A stretch of 64,000 nt of DNA from Phoronis australis. Taxonomy: Eukaryota > Animalia > Phoronida. A program made the position numbers and the translations under genes. A model generated the notes under the pieces. The model saw nothing but the letters and a program-made list of their open reading frames with translations, made no database searches and was not told the origin of the DNA. Numbering within the stretch: position 1 is the first letter of the stretch; each line of letters begins with the position of its first letter. Below are positions 26,701 through 41,700 of the stretch, in pieces. The DNA lies in contig NMRA01000386.1 of NCBI GenBank assembly GCA_002633005.1, positions 262,032 to 326,031 on the forward strand, read 5' to 3'.

Positions 26701-29700
26701 TAGTAAGGAATGTGTAATGTATCATGGATAGTAAGGAGTGTGCAACTTGCCTTTAAAAGTACCAGCATTATAGGTGTGGACTGAAAACACATTCATCGAT
26801 CACCTCTAAACCTTTATTATGTCTCATCCCTATATCTCACTGTGTGACGGCCCTGATATGTAGTAGCTTTATAGATATGTTCAGCACTTTCACCTGGTAA
26901 TTTTATTTTGATACTTTCCACCTAAAATTTCAAGTGTAGAAAATTACCACATTTAAAGTTGCACATTTTTGTGTAATTTGCCAATGAATTTGGTGAAAAA
27001 TAACAATGAATTTGGTGAAAAGTAACAATGAATTTGGTGAAAAATAACATGTTGAAATTTGGAGTGTGTACATTACGTCATTATTGATAAAAACATTGTC
27101 TCAGGCATTGGAATAGATCGACACATTCGAAATAGCATGCAATAAAATAATTTTTTAAATAATTTGATTAGTGGTAGAATGTAAAACTACTTTTAATTTA
27201 GAAATACTGACTATTTTTATGAAGTGATGGATTTAGGTTTTCACAGAGCCAGTAAGTGAAGGGTTGCGATATTTGGCTCACAAAAAGTGTGATAAATTAG
27301 GAATTAGAGGCAAATAGGAAACAGTAGGACAAAAGAGGACGTCAGTTCATGATTAGTTTTTGTCGACTTCACGAGATACTCACCCCATATCACAGTCAAG
27401 ACACAACACGGGGTCATATAAGCTGCTAATTCAACATTCACTATGACTTTGTCAAACACTGGTCCATCCTCCTGAATTGATTTTTGTAATTAAAAGTTAC
27501 TGGCGTATTGACACCTTTCAAGTATTCATACTTACATTCGGTTGGTACTGTTCATGTCAAAATCTGCTTTCAGTGATATGCTTGAAAGTTCTCCTAGTAA
27601 CAAGTTTTTCAAGTGCCTTGGGTAAAACGTTTATGTACAAATCTCTGCTTGTGGCTCGCTAAACTTATTGCTGATGCAGTTCCATTAAATAGCACTAGTC
27701 ATACCTTATTGTACGTACTCTCTGTAGAAGTCACATCAAACGACAAAATTATGTTTGCACAAGTAGATCTAAATTGCCATTTCATTGTGCTGAAATGATT
27801 GAAGTTGTTCAGGAAAATGACAGAAATGCCAAATATGGTTATAGTTCCTGTTGTGTGTTTTCGCTGACTTTTCTGGGAATTACCTTTTAATCTTGAATGT
27901 TGTTTTTGATAATTCAAAACAAAGACAACTTATAGTTGTGGTCACAAGACTTGCAGACAAGTTATTAAGAATGAGATACTCTGATATTTTGGCTTCATTT
28001 TTGTTAAAATCAGTAAAAAGAGAATTTTAATGCAAACTAGGCGTATTAAAACATGTTCTCAAATGATGCCCCTTCAAGATGGTGTTTTTTCAAAGTAAAC
28101 AGAGCATAACTAAAAATGCAAATTTTCATAATTCTAGGCTGCACTCGACTGATTTAAAAATCCTTAATGTTTGGAGCTCTTGAAAACATGAAAACACATA
28201 AGTTTTGAGCGATTAAATTGCGGCATACCAATTATGTACCATGCTAAGCTTCAATGATACAGTGTTTTGTCTGTATTGCTAACTCTGGAATTTAGGTTAG
28301 TGTTCTTGACATCCGATGATTGTCGGCACTTGCACTGCACGAGATGTACAAATCTATTGACACCAATGAAGGGGTTGGGAAGTTGTTCTTTGTTTTATTA
28401 GCCATTTGTCGTATTTTTACTGATAAACTCCAATATTTTCTAATGTGTGCGGGGCAAATTTACTTTATTTGGATCTAATAGTTAACTCAGCTATACAGAA
28501 TTTATGAAGAATGTTCTCTTACTTTTGAAAAGTATTTTTTTCAAGTTGAAAATTGCTTTAAAAGTGATATGGTCTTAACGCCTCATATATTTTTAAATGT
28601 TAGGAGTTAATGCTATGAATTTTCGCATAACTGCGGCCTATAGCTATCATTTTTCTCTTTTGAGTGTTTTGCAATATGCAGGACTTGGTTTGTGTATTTT
28701 TTCTTGGTAAAAGGTCTTTATATTTATTCTCAGTCCATGATCATTGAAATCTTTCTGAGCATGTCAAAACTTTCCTTCTCATCACCAGAGGGCTCTGTAA
28801 TTGCTAGTATTGATTCCAATAATGCACTATCTCTGTTTATTTGGGGTTATTTAAATCCCATTTGGAGTGTATGAAACTACTTCTCTTTAGTGAAGCCATG
28901 CACAACCCTTGACATCCATTTTACTTGACAAAGGTATTAGTTTACATGCTGCAAATGTTTTCAGCTCCTAGTTTAGTCATAACCTCTATGACTTGCAGAC
29001 GACCTCTACACTTGACCTCTAGTTGACCTAATTATGCCAGTCAGTTTAGAAAGGCTTGAGCATAACAGAGAGTGTAAGCAGACGTCTGGAATCTACTGCT
29101 AAATTTATCTAGTTTTCCCTGTATATAAAGACACATTCAGCCAAGTCATGGGGCATAGGTTCTCAAAGACGGTAGAAATAAGTTCTACACCTCAGGTGAC
29201 TATTATTTCTTCTCATTCATTTCTTCTGACTTTAGTGACTTTCCTTGACAGCCGTGTCTGGGTATTAACCACTGCATCTGGTCTCATCCAAAGGCTGTCC
29301 TCTGTCCAGAGGAATTCCTGTTTGTTTTGACCTTGAACTGTAGAAAGACTCAATACGTTTAGTTAGAGATGAGTAGTTTTTTTTAAACCCAGTGCTTATA
29401 ATGTGCTGATTAGTGTTCAGTCACTTAAAGTTACTTGAGTTTAGTATATAATAATACAAATGGAATTTGCAGGCTAATCTCCTTCTGTGAATACTTGAAC
29501 AGACCGAGTTAGAAGTACATAACATATTGCATTGATTTAAATGGCATGCAAGTTGCGTGATTTTAAGGTGGAATTTTGCGGCGAAAAATGATTACCACGC
29601 CATCGCGCATGGTAATAAATCTGAATGGTACAGGTTATGCGTGTTGCAATTTCCGGTGACCTTCAGTAGGCCTACCTCATATATGCAACCCTAAATGCAT

Positions 29701-32700
29701 CCATTTGTAGACTTTTTGTTCCGTTGTTAAAAATTTATATTACATCTGCAGTTTGATTGGCTTATGATATATAGGAACAGCACATTGTTTTAGTTTGGTC
29801 TGCTGAGTGAAAATACACCTTAATTTATTTATTCAGTCTTTGGCTCAATAGATTCACAAGTCATGTATTTGCTCGTTATCTTAATAACGCAGTGTAATTT
29901 CTTTTTTATGGTAGTCTGTTGTTAATTAGCAATTGCTTGCACTTTTTAACCTGTTGGCAACCCTTATTTACTTTAGTCTATTCAATATGTGAAGTTTATT
30001 TACTTTGTCTTATAAAACAAGATTTTTGTTATCCAATAAGTGCAGTATTTTCAAACAGATTTATAGCTAAAAATAATTACACATATACTTTTTCCATTTT
30101 GTAATTGTTATTATCTTATAGTACGAAATTGTTTGGTTTGAAAAGTAACTTAAAATTAGTTATGATCTTTGTTTCCTAAACTCAGAAGTCGTAACTCGTG
30201 ATAGTTCCCTTTCTGTACTTATGGTCTTTGCAATATCAGTATCATAGGAAAATACCCCATTTATCTGACAGAATTTTTGTGACGCTATAATGAGGTTGAA
30301 ATCTTTTGGTCATAGGAAAACCCATTCAGTTGAATCTTATCTCTTGTTTAATTGTTAGTTGTCATAACATGTCTCTGAGGCTAATGTTCGATGATAGGAG
30401 AATTTTTCCCAAGTTGAATAGGCTTTGGTTATCTTTGGCTGATTAAACAATCTTGGACCAACTCTTCAAATAACTTTCCCATCTCACTGGGGTGAGCTTA
30501 AGCTGAATGGATTAGGCAGCCGTTAGGTAGCATGCCTCCAAATATATTTGTTATCTAAAGCAGACCTATACAGAAGGATGCGTTCTTAATTTATGTGACG
30601 GTAGGTTTTTCCAAGCCGGTCTACACTGAAAGTGAATGCGAAATTCAGGCGTGTATTCTTTTGATGCAGTTAACTTGCAAAAACTGTAGTGCATGCACTT
30701 GGCTTGGCGAGATATCACCATGGGTATGCAAAGTTTTGGCCTCACTTGCTTCCTTAAATCGTAATATTCATCCTTCAGGTGAACTCAACCAGTAGACATT
30801 CATTTTGGACACGAGAAGCCTCAGGAAGCTCTGTGTAAGCTGGTCTTTAAAAGCACCATTTAAGCTGCTTTGAATGTCGGCTTTTTGTATCAGACCATTG
30901 TTATACAGTGTTAAAACCATTCAGAAGTGATTTCGAGACTTAGCCAGAATGAACAGGTCCGTTGCTTAGTGACGATGGTGCTCCACACAAAAATTGATCT
31001 TATGTAATGCGAGTCAAATCACATTGCTTAGTCTTGAGCAATAATAAACTGTGTTAGATCGTCCAGAAATCGGTGATTACAGTACTAGTAATGAACAATT
31101 TATTGTGTAAGTCTAATTTTGTAAAGTTATAGTGGTCTGGTACTGTTATTTGTTGTACCTAAGATACCCAGCAGCTGACCCACATTTCATGCATTGATTT
31201 CCTGCTATATTCAGTAGTAATTGATGTACTATAATACTTGAAGGGGGGATGGGGTGTACAACGACCTTATGCTATTTTGGGGGTGGGTTGCAGCTGGAAA
31301 ATTGGAGTACCCTCCCATTTAGAGAGTGGATTTGAACAAAGGGAACCATATGTACCAGGGAGCTTCTAAGAAAAAATCAGCCTTTCACTTGGTTTTGTGA
31401 GAAAGGAAAGGGTTAATTAATTCCACAAATCTATTCTTTCTTATGGTTCTAACAAGTCAGCTTAATTTTAACCCATTAAACCTGAAACGGTACAAAAATT
31501 GATGCTATGTTGCAAAAAATGAGTACCGTAGAATGATTATATACCTAAATTTATCTATAGTTGGAAAATTATCAGAAAAACCACCTTGTTTTAGGGAAAC
31601 TGGTCATGAAAAAGTCACCCGTATACATCTTTTATGGAAATACCCCTCACCCTCTGCCTCTGTACTGTAATCACTTGCATTTTCACTGTGCTCAGCTTCT
31701 ATGGTATGTATAAGGTACCTAAACTACACGGTTAACGGACTCATGAACACGGCCCACGGATGCATGAACACGACTCACGGACCTGCAAACACGGTCCACT
31801 GACTCACAAACATGGGAACGGACTCACAAAACACAATCCATGCACCCAAATACACGGGACACAAACTCATATTCCCGAGGAAACATGGTTAATGGACCGT
31901 CAAACACGGTTTACGGACAAAATGGAGATGTCAGCTGACCCAGGAAGCCGATGAGTCCGTGACCCGTGTTTGGCGGTCTGTTAACCGTGTTTCCTCGTGA
32001 ATATGAGTCCGTGTCCCGTGTATTTGGGTGCATGCATGGATCGTGTTTTTTGAGTCCGTACCTGTGTTTGTGAGTCAGTGGATGGTGTTTGCAGGTCCGT
32101 GGGTCGATGTTCATGCGTCTCTGCCTGTGTTTATGAGTCTGTTGAAGGTGTTGTCTAGGTACCTTGATGTATAGCCAGGACACCTACCTGATAGACTTTC
32201 TTTACACTTCATTGGGTTTCCTTTGTCCATATATAATGTAAGTCCTCTGAAGTACTTGCCTTCACAACCCATTGTATGCTATTATAAACCAGACCACTGT
32301 CCCATATCACCATAGAGCCTTGAGGACAACATATAGCCTCCATGGAGTGATGTATTTGGGATATTTTAGTTGTTACGGTACTTTGTACAGTTTATACTCT
32401 TGTAGTCAATATTGAATGATGTATAGACAGTTTCTTGCTCTGATTGATGCGCAAGCTAGTAAAGTCAATGGAGTCATTGAGAAAGAAATTGAAGTAAGAA
32501 TTCCTAAACTCATACACGTAGTTGTTCAATATTCTCACTCAGTATGCTCGTATTGGCTAGGTTTTAGCCTGTCTGGTGTGTTTGGTGATGCTAAGTTACC
32601 AGGTAATGGAAGTGGAATTACATTGAGCTGTATTATTGAACTGGTCAGTTTAGGTCAACAATGAAGTGTCGGCTCGTCCCAAAGCTGGAAATCGGCTCTG

Positions 32701-35700
32701 TCATTAAAAAACTTGCAGAAAGTATTAGTAAGGTAGCGAATAGTTGGTATTGAAAAGCGAGGACTTTTGGCAATTACGGTATTTTACGCAAGGTATTTGA
32801 AGCATTTTGCACTGCTCTTGTTTAATAATGGCATTAAAGTCAAGAAGGGTTAGCATATTTACTCATGATAGTGCTGGTACCAGTCACCAGACATTCCATA
32901 TCCTGGACCAGTAGAAGATTGGATTTTGGTACCTTACATTTCATTCAGATTAAGTTCAGGAACACTATGACCTACACGACCTCGCTAAAATCTCTCCAAA
33001 ATCATGTGTTCTCATTTAAAATCACGGTAACATATCATGTAATCTTGCAAAGTCTTAGCTTTTAGCAAAGGTCCTATTAAGGGTTACTGAACTCAGTACG
33101 TTGAACTCCACTTCTCATCATTACTAGGCCCCTATCGTTGCTATTGGGCATGTCAGCTATGTTGAATAAATTAAACAATAACTCTGCATGTTAGTTTGAG
33201 ACTATGGCAAATAACTCTATGCAAGTTTGCTTTCACCCTCTGTTTTTATGTGTTTGTAAATACCCCATAACTGTAAATACCAGTTATAAAACCTATTATG
33301 GGTAATATATATGTAGAAGTCTATGGAAATTTATGGGAATTCATGTCAGTACAAGGCCAGAGGAGGGTGCTAAGGGCTTGATGGCACCCTTGGATTCACT
33401 CAGCCTTTTGTACAGTGTTGTTACACTTTGACTTCAGAAGGGGGAGGGGTTTCACAATCACTGGACTTCTATGTGGTGGGATTTCCCATTGACAAAGAAG
33501 TACAAAAGGACACTGTGTAGTTTTCATGTCTTTTTTATAGGCGTGACATGTTTAGTCTGTACATAAACTGTTTTTAATTGATATGCATGGCATGACTCTT
33601 GGTGAATAATTTATTTCTTCCCATAGGACAGATGGATCTCCAAGAATAATCATTCCTGCAGATCTATCGTATGGGAAGCAATAAATATATATTGACTTTT
33701 TAGAAGAAGAATTTTTCCTGGAACTGGTGTATTAATTTCGAGAAATATTCTTTTAAAGCCACAGTTTCAGTCTGTTTAGATGGCTAAAAAATTAAATTTG
33801 AATTCCACGTATCTTTTTACCCTCATAGAATCAATGTTGTCCTTGCTCTTACCATGATAGTGTTCCATTTCCAAGAACAACACAACTATTAAAAGGACTA
33901 CAGATAGGTAGATTGTTCATTTTAGTCATGGTACATTTACAAATAGTACAAAAGTTTGGAGAATGAACAGGCTTCAGAGTACGGTTATTGGGGGCAGCCA
34001 ATTTCAAAATTGCGAATTCAAGAATGGGCACCTATGTATTTCTGTTTTTTTGTATTATCCAACCCTAAAATGCAAATTCAAAGCTGTCTTATGTACACAT
34101 TGCCTTTGGCTTGAGTTGTTGATGAAAATGGACTTATTTTTTATGAGAATAAAAAGCCCAATTCATTTTTTTGCTTTTAGTCAGCTAACTATGGGGTGAA
34201 ATGTGAAGTCCTTTCTTCTTAGATTTTGCTATGGTGCTAGAACCTTGCCTGTGTATTGCAATTATATGATGTCATTTATATTTGGCAAGTCAAGTGTGTA
34301 CTGGTGACTGTAATTGGCAAGAGTTCATAATACTGGTAACAACTGTGGGAAGATCTTTGCATCCTTGGAACACCTGGTCTTACCAGACCACATGTAACCA
34401 GGGGTGTTTTATGTGCTGGCCAATTAAGTTGTGTGGAGACTCCAATTTATGACCCAGCTGTGCTGGAAGTCATGTCTGTCTGCAGCTTCTTCTGTCGCCA
34501 GGGATTGATGTATTTATTTTTAGGGCTTCCTCCATCAATCTGAAAACTGAGGATTTCAGAATGTGATATGTCTGAGGTTCAAAGGAACTGGATTATGTAC
34601 AATGATAATGTGGCACACCCCTTCCAGTGAGAGAGAGGGAGGGAGAGTGAGAGAGAGAGGGGGGGTGTCTTTTGTACCTAAATAGCTCATGGTTCTCTTT
34701 TTATTTTTTCAGCAGTCGTCTGGGAAACGTAAGTACATCATTTGCTGAAAAATATCTCATTCTAACCGTAAGTCGCTTGTTCAAAGAAAAATGAAAGAAT
34801 CATTTTCTAATTTCAAGGTCATACCGCTGCAGATTTTTTTCTGAACATTTTTGTCATGATTGGAAAAAAACAGGCTTGGCAGTAGAGTCTGACATTGTGT
34901 AATAAGCAACAAAATTAGGTCTGAAATGATTCTATCACGAATAATTGGTTTTATTGCTCTGATTTCAGCCCCCAGACAGTAATTGCATGTCTGTGATATG
35001 CATTTTGTGCTTTAAATGAAACCAGTTTGACTATAGTCCCAATTAGTAGGAAGTCTGGTATCAAGTCGCCTTAAACAAATGCTGCAACTGGTATGAGAAT
35101 GACAGATGACACATTTAGGTTGTTCTTGTTCAGGGTGGCTTTCGATTGCTGATAAACTTCAAAAGCTGATAAACCTCAAAAGCGCAGCAACTTTGAAGTC
35201 TTGTGGTTTGTTGTTTTCTTCAGAACTTAATTTGCTTAAAATACTCTTTCAATTAAAAATTTGCATTGGGAATTTGACCACAATAACAATATACCGTATT
35301 CGCCGTAATAACCGCCCATGCCCCTTTAAGCGCCCCCCCCCCACGCGTTTTCAGTCTTTGCTGAAATAAGCGCCCAGTCCATGAACGTGTACGTGCAAAC
35401 AATGACGTGCCTACAGTCCTAAAACTTGGCTACAGTAACGTCTTCAATTTATCAAAAAAATTTTGCACGGGTCTTCTAGACCACCAGCGGTACTGCTACG
35501 TTTGTATTTAGCCGTGACTATACTCTTCAAAGGAACGCAGCGCTTCAAAAAGAACGCAACAGCGTTGCTACTCTCGCGACGACCGTGCCCTACTATGGTC
35601 TGACCTTTCAGTACAGACTGTCTCACGAATAAAAATAACTTGGTGTTAAACGCACGTGGCCGGGAAGCGCGCGCTACATATATGAACCTGTCAAAGACAT

Positions 35701-38700
35701 TACTTGGGAACTATCCATTCATGAAACGGGTAGAATAGCATCGGTAAGAAATGAATATTGGCACTAATTTCCGACAATTTCTAATACTATAAAACATGTT
35801 TGCGTTATTTATGAGGTATATTATTTGATTAACCATAATTGGTGTTCTTAAGCCGAATATCCGATAAAATGACAACTGACAGTGAATGATTACACACCTT
35901 TACACCGAAAAATAACTGTCAGATAGTATGCATCCAGCTACAGGGCGACTAATATGGTCCTTACCGAGACAAATGTCGAACGTTTTTAGCACATGAGACT
36001 GCTTGTGCAAATTTCTTTAGACACAATCAATGCACATCTAGCTCGTTAGATTGCGTGGCTCTGGCCAAAAGACAGTCTCTGCTTTTGCAAATGAACTCTG
36101 GTGACACGCACGTGCTCGCTTACTCACACATGCAGACGAAATTCAAAACAAACGTCACGTGACAACAACATGTGTGTTCGTCCAGACATTTTTCTCGCCC
36201 TGTTGCCGATCATATATGTAGATGGCACGATGTTGCACAGATTTGTACTTAAACCTGCCGTTAATCCAGACCCCACGGGAACTCAAAAAAAATCTTAGAG
36301 ACGTTAGAAAACTAATGAAGATTTCAGGTAAGTTGCTTGAGTCGAAACCTTTTTTAGTCAAGCATTGAAGTCGTCATATCGAAGACAGCGATTTCGAGGC
36401 AGTTAGTCAGCGAGTTTTCGCCCTGGGATTTCAGCACAATTTTCTGTAAAATGATCGTAATTAAGTAGCAAAGTTTGATAGCAATGCACCACAGTTTTGT
36501 TGAAAGTCTTTCATAGATTACAGATACGTCACAGAGCGTACATTTAATTAATCTTAGCTTCCGATTTCACCCGTTTCGGAGACCGGGTTTCAACCGCCTT
36601 GGGTTATAATAAGCGCCCCCCCTGAACCGAACTTTTCTAAGCGCCCTGGGCGGTTATTACGGCGAATACGGTAGTTCCAATTTATTCCAAGTCATAGACA
36701 CGTGAGCAAATGTTTTGAATACAACGAGAATTAGGTATGAAAGTTTCAAAATAATTTTTGAATATCTATTGTTGCACCAACAAAATGGCCACTTGAATGT
36801 TAAACAGCATTGAACGTCACTTTATGAATTGTCGGTGATAACGCAAATACAGTCAGGTTTGCAATTTACAAAATATTACGAGGAAATTTTGCTGCCGTGA
36901 TACTCAAATTTTTGTGATGTCTTTGGCGTGATGTAATTCTTTGTTCAAAATTGGTGAAAATAATGGAAAAAATGTCTGAAAAGGAATTTGCGCTGCGCTA
37001 TTTGTATTGACAATTTATTGATCAATTGGCTGATGAATGGGCTTACCTGTGTTGCTTGCTCCCTTTGTTGCTTGGTGTGCATGATACTACTTACCCCTAC
37101 GTAATTACCGATTTTTAATTGATTTGGATGGTTTCATAAAAATTTTTAATCTTGTCACGATGTGTGTCGCTGAAACATTTAGTATCCTACCATTTTTATC
37201 GTATTCACCCAAAGAAACTAACTTTTGATGTACTGGTAGACCACTTTCACGTACAAAACTAGACTTGTGACTTTTAACTCAGATTAAAGGTAGTTTGCGG
37301 GCTTGGGAGGATCTGGCAACTCGTCACCATGTATGGCATTGTCTGATGCTGATAATGGCCAAGCATGATAGCCAATGTTTTGATCCTGGTCTTTAATAAT
37401 AATAATAATAATTACGAAGGTTCATTTGTTCCCGAGCCCAACAGTCACCTCTAAATCATAGAAAGGAACGGGTTGGCATCAATTTTATGACTGTCTGTGG
37501 TCTAATTAAAAAAAATTCTGACTAGAGACATTTTGTTAGCAGCTGCAATTAGATTTAAAAACATGAAAGAAAAGGGGAGTGCCCCAATTATCACATCCGG
37601 ACTACCCTACTAACACTGTGAATGATGGTGCATGTTATAGCTGTTGTGGAAGAAGTTATCGAGCCTCAAATCCAGCCGGATGTTGCTCCCGTACTGGGAG
37701 ATAAGGGGAATCCGGACAAAGTGAAAGAGATTGACGGCCTTGGTATGTGCTTTGTTAACAGGATGTGGTGTTGTCTTAGCTTGTGTGGTCCTGACATCTT
37801 TTTGTTCTTCAAGATCTCTTGAGCTATCTCTATATGTGTTCTACTGATCGTGCAATGGAAACCGATTCCTCCCAGTCCTGTGCTATAGGTGTCCAACTAA
37901 CTTTGACATGATTTGACGTGTAACTGTTAATGTGGGTTATAGCTACAGTTATTTTGTCTAGGAGGCATGAATCATGTCACAAAGTTTGATGACAAAAGTT
38001 TTGACAGTTTAAGTGTGGTTATCATGGTTCACATGTTTTGTATGTATGCTGCTATTTGTGCACTGTTTTGCTATATTATGAATAAAAATTGGGGAAGAGT
38101 TATTTTTTTATTATCCAAAAAGAAATTAGTATCCACAGCGAAGTTTTATAATTAAAAACTGACACTTTATTTTTTCATTTCTGTCTACGACCTTTATGAG
38201 TATTTGCGAATGCGGTAGCTATGCCCCTGGTTACTAGTGACCTTTATATGCACATGTAAATGAAAAGCAAGGGATTATGGGAAATTGCATTCTTCACAGC
38301 AAACAATGTATTCCTGCCACCAGGTGGTGTAAAGGAGTCATTCTGACCATACTTAGGAGAAACTGTTAAAATAAAAAAGTAGTGAGCACAGGTGTCTGGT
38401 TATGGATTAAAGATTTTGGACAAACTTTTGTGTGTGCATTAGGCGCTTCATTTCATTTCCCAACCACAATTGATCTTACGAATGATTCTCACTCTTAGGG
38501 ATTACTATAGGCACTCACCACAGAGCAGTTAGTTTTTTATGACGTGTCTTTTTTGTTATTAGGGAACAGAGATGGGGTAAACAGATGCTTGTTCTTGGCA
38601 ATATTCCTTCCCTGCCCACTTTACACACTGCGCACTATGAAAACTAAATTTATCAATGAAGGGAAAAATCCAGTCAACTACAAGCCGGGAAGACTTTACA

Positions 38701-41700
38701 ATGTGCTTTACAATGGTGCCATCTTTTGTTCTGAGGGCCATTGTTATTGCTCGACAAGATTTTACTCTCCCAATACACGTTTCGTTCGTTTAGTACTTTA
38801 CTTACTAGACATCCTCACTCTACTGGCATTTAGCTTACTTAACTAAATTTTGTGTGAAAGCGATGGCAAGAGATTGACGATTGGACAGCTGCATGACTAC
38901 CCCTCGCCACCGGCTCTTTGTCCAGACATCACCTTATTGCCACCAGTGATAAAGATATTTGTTAGACAAATTAAGTATTCATGACCTCTGGTACTGTAAC
39001 CTAAGGTTGCAACTGTAGCTCTGTGTACACTTTACACGTGACATGGTAATATCTGCCCATCCTAGTAATTTATGTGCCAACTCCCACAATTCATTGCGGC
39101 TATTGATTGTGTGCGCTGTTTGAATATAGGCTGATGGAATAGCGTTTTCATTGCACAATTAGAAAACACTTAGTCGTGCTGTCTGCCTGTATTTGGCATG
39201 GACTACCTGTGTTTAGTTCTGGTTAACATCCTAATTTACTTACACCCAGCCATGCAAGCTTTTAAGACTTAATTTGGATTTTCAAATAAAGCGCACATAA
39301 TCTAGGAGTGCATCTCGAGATCATGAACAATACACAATTCGCTTACCTGTGAGTAACGAAAACTATAATGCCTTTTTGCTACTTTTGTTTCATTCTGCTG
39401 AGTGCAGGTGAAGTAAATCAACCCACACTGCAACTCCTAGGCATGTACGCCTATCCCAATGTTTCCGAAAATTTTATACTGAGTTTAAAAGTCAGTTTGT
39501 TCAACCGAGTGTCCACTTCTTGATGTTCGAGTAATGGCCCATTCAAATACCTTATTCTGTATAGTACCTCCATGACTTCCTGCCTTAGATGAGTCAGTTG
39601 ACTGCTGGCTTGATGTTGAGACCTACCAACAGGCGCAGGGTTTGTACTGGGATGACGCGTTCATTGACCTTTGCCCTTGGCTAGAACAACGTGCTGCAGC
39701 CAATATGTCTGATTGGCTACAAGGTGCTCGTCGTGTCAAGGTGAGCTACACACCCCAAGAATACTACCGCGAGTCCCGGATCCCCATCGAGCGAATGCCC
39801 AGTGTTCCACGAGAGGAGATCGTTAAGATGTTGGAGAAGACAGTCTCGTTTGAAATTGGTTCTTGCGCATCCTCGTATTCATCTATGTCGAGTCGAGCGA
39901 AGCGATCGTCGGTTCACGTGGACATGTCGCGTGCTGGTGCCTTGAAACTGGTAGGCGCAAAGTCGAGCCATCTGAGTGTACCGTACTCGCCGCTTCATGC
40001 CACGCTCTCCGATCAGGACTTGGAGCATCCTGACTGCGATAGCACCGTGAGCGTTAATTTACGAAAATCCAGGAGTAGCCAAATCAATGTGGAACACGAC
40101 TATGAGGTCTCTGGGTGTAGATCAGATGATGAAATTTACGAGAAAAAGCGCATCGTGACCAATGTGCAGTCACGTCCATCTCACCTTCATCACTCACACT
40201 ACGAGAGTAGCCGAGAAGATCTCCAGACGATGTCACGTCAGATAGCAAGGATCACTTCGGCCATTGCTTCCTCGGGCTCCGTGGCGACATCGACAAAAGC
40301 GACGCCGCCATCACAGTCAGCGTCGGCCATGTTGTCGCGTAAACCAACCAAATCGAATCAGGCAGGCCGCTCCGGCTCCGGCAACCGCATCGGCCAGTTC
40401 AGTCTACACGCAACGTTGTCCAATGAAAAGTGTACCAGTCGCGACCTTGAGAGCATGCAGCCATCCAGCTATATATTGCGTTCCTTCCACAGTGACGGCT
40501 TCATCAAGCTTCCTGACGAGGAACATGCTCGCGAAGCTCTGCATGAGGTCACTTCTAAGTACTCTGACCAGGTCATCATTGATATCCTGCACCAACATGA
40601 TGGCTCTGTGCATGATCATCGGCCCACGCATATGCATGACGAAGACGAGGAGACGAGACTAGTGCGCCTACTTCAACAAGAAAAGAGCAAGATTCCTTTC
40701 TCTATGTCGATGGGTGCCATGCAACTGTATGAGGAACACTTTGCACAGAATATCGTAAAGATGAAGACGGTAGAGGGACAGCAAAAAAATTCGAGCAGAC
40801 CACTCTTTCAGACATTCCGTATCGGAGATGAGTGTGGGGATATGGACTCGGAGAAGTTCTACTCTTGCATTCGTAAGCACTATAACCGCGTCTTCCAGGG
40901 TAGTGAAGACAAGAACTGTAAGAAATCTGTGATGAAGATTCAGGATGTGATCAGCGTTGTCTCATTTGCTTCTGTCGAGCGCGAAGTGTTCGTGCCAACG
41001 TTCGGAATCCAACTGATCGAGACTCCCAAGACACTGTATATCATCCAGGCTGAGAGACCTCAGCCAGCGCTACGTGACGTCAAGTTGGATACAGGAATCA
41101 ACATGGAGAATTTTCAATTGCCTGACATGATACACATTTTACCTGATCATAATTCGGCGTCCTTTACTGTTGTGGGAGTCGGTTTAAAGTCCGATAAGGG
41201 TGAGGCATTTCCTGTCTAAGCATTTTGTATTTTTTTAATACGCTTTATGTCTGACAGCCTACAGCAGCACACGTAGGTCTCACTGCTATTTATTCCATTG
41301 GCAACTTTCTCTTCTTGCATTATACTTCGTTAACCTGTCTGTTTGCATTAAGTTGTTTGTACTGTATGCTTGTGTGATATACAACCTCATGTGCTTTTGT
41401 TGGCTGACAGTCAGCTGTCCTTGGGGCAGTTCATCGAGAATTGTCAATTTAACAAATTGAATTAAAAGTTAATTATAATAACTTAGTCCTTGTCATTTCT
41501 TATTTACTCGCTATGGGATTACCAGAAATTTCTAATTTTTTGTTGATTCCAAAACAACGGATTTTTTTCCTTTTAGTTGCTATGCTCCGTCTGTTTTGCT
41601 AAATTTAGCTTTTTGTCTCTCAATGGTATTGTTGGCTGTTACCTTGGTGCCATTGTGTTGCATGTTACTAACGGTGATAAAGATTTTGTTTTGTTGTAAC

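Noticed and set aside
33627-33668. Possible 42-nt cassette or terminal AK exon
   Set aside because: The acceptor is good but the donor is weak and the peptide gives no support.
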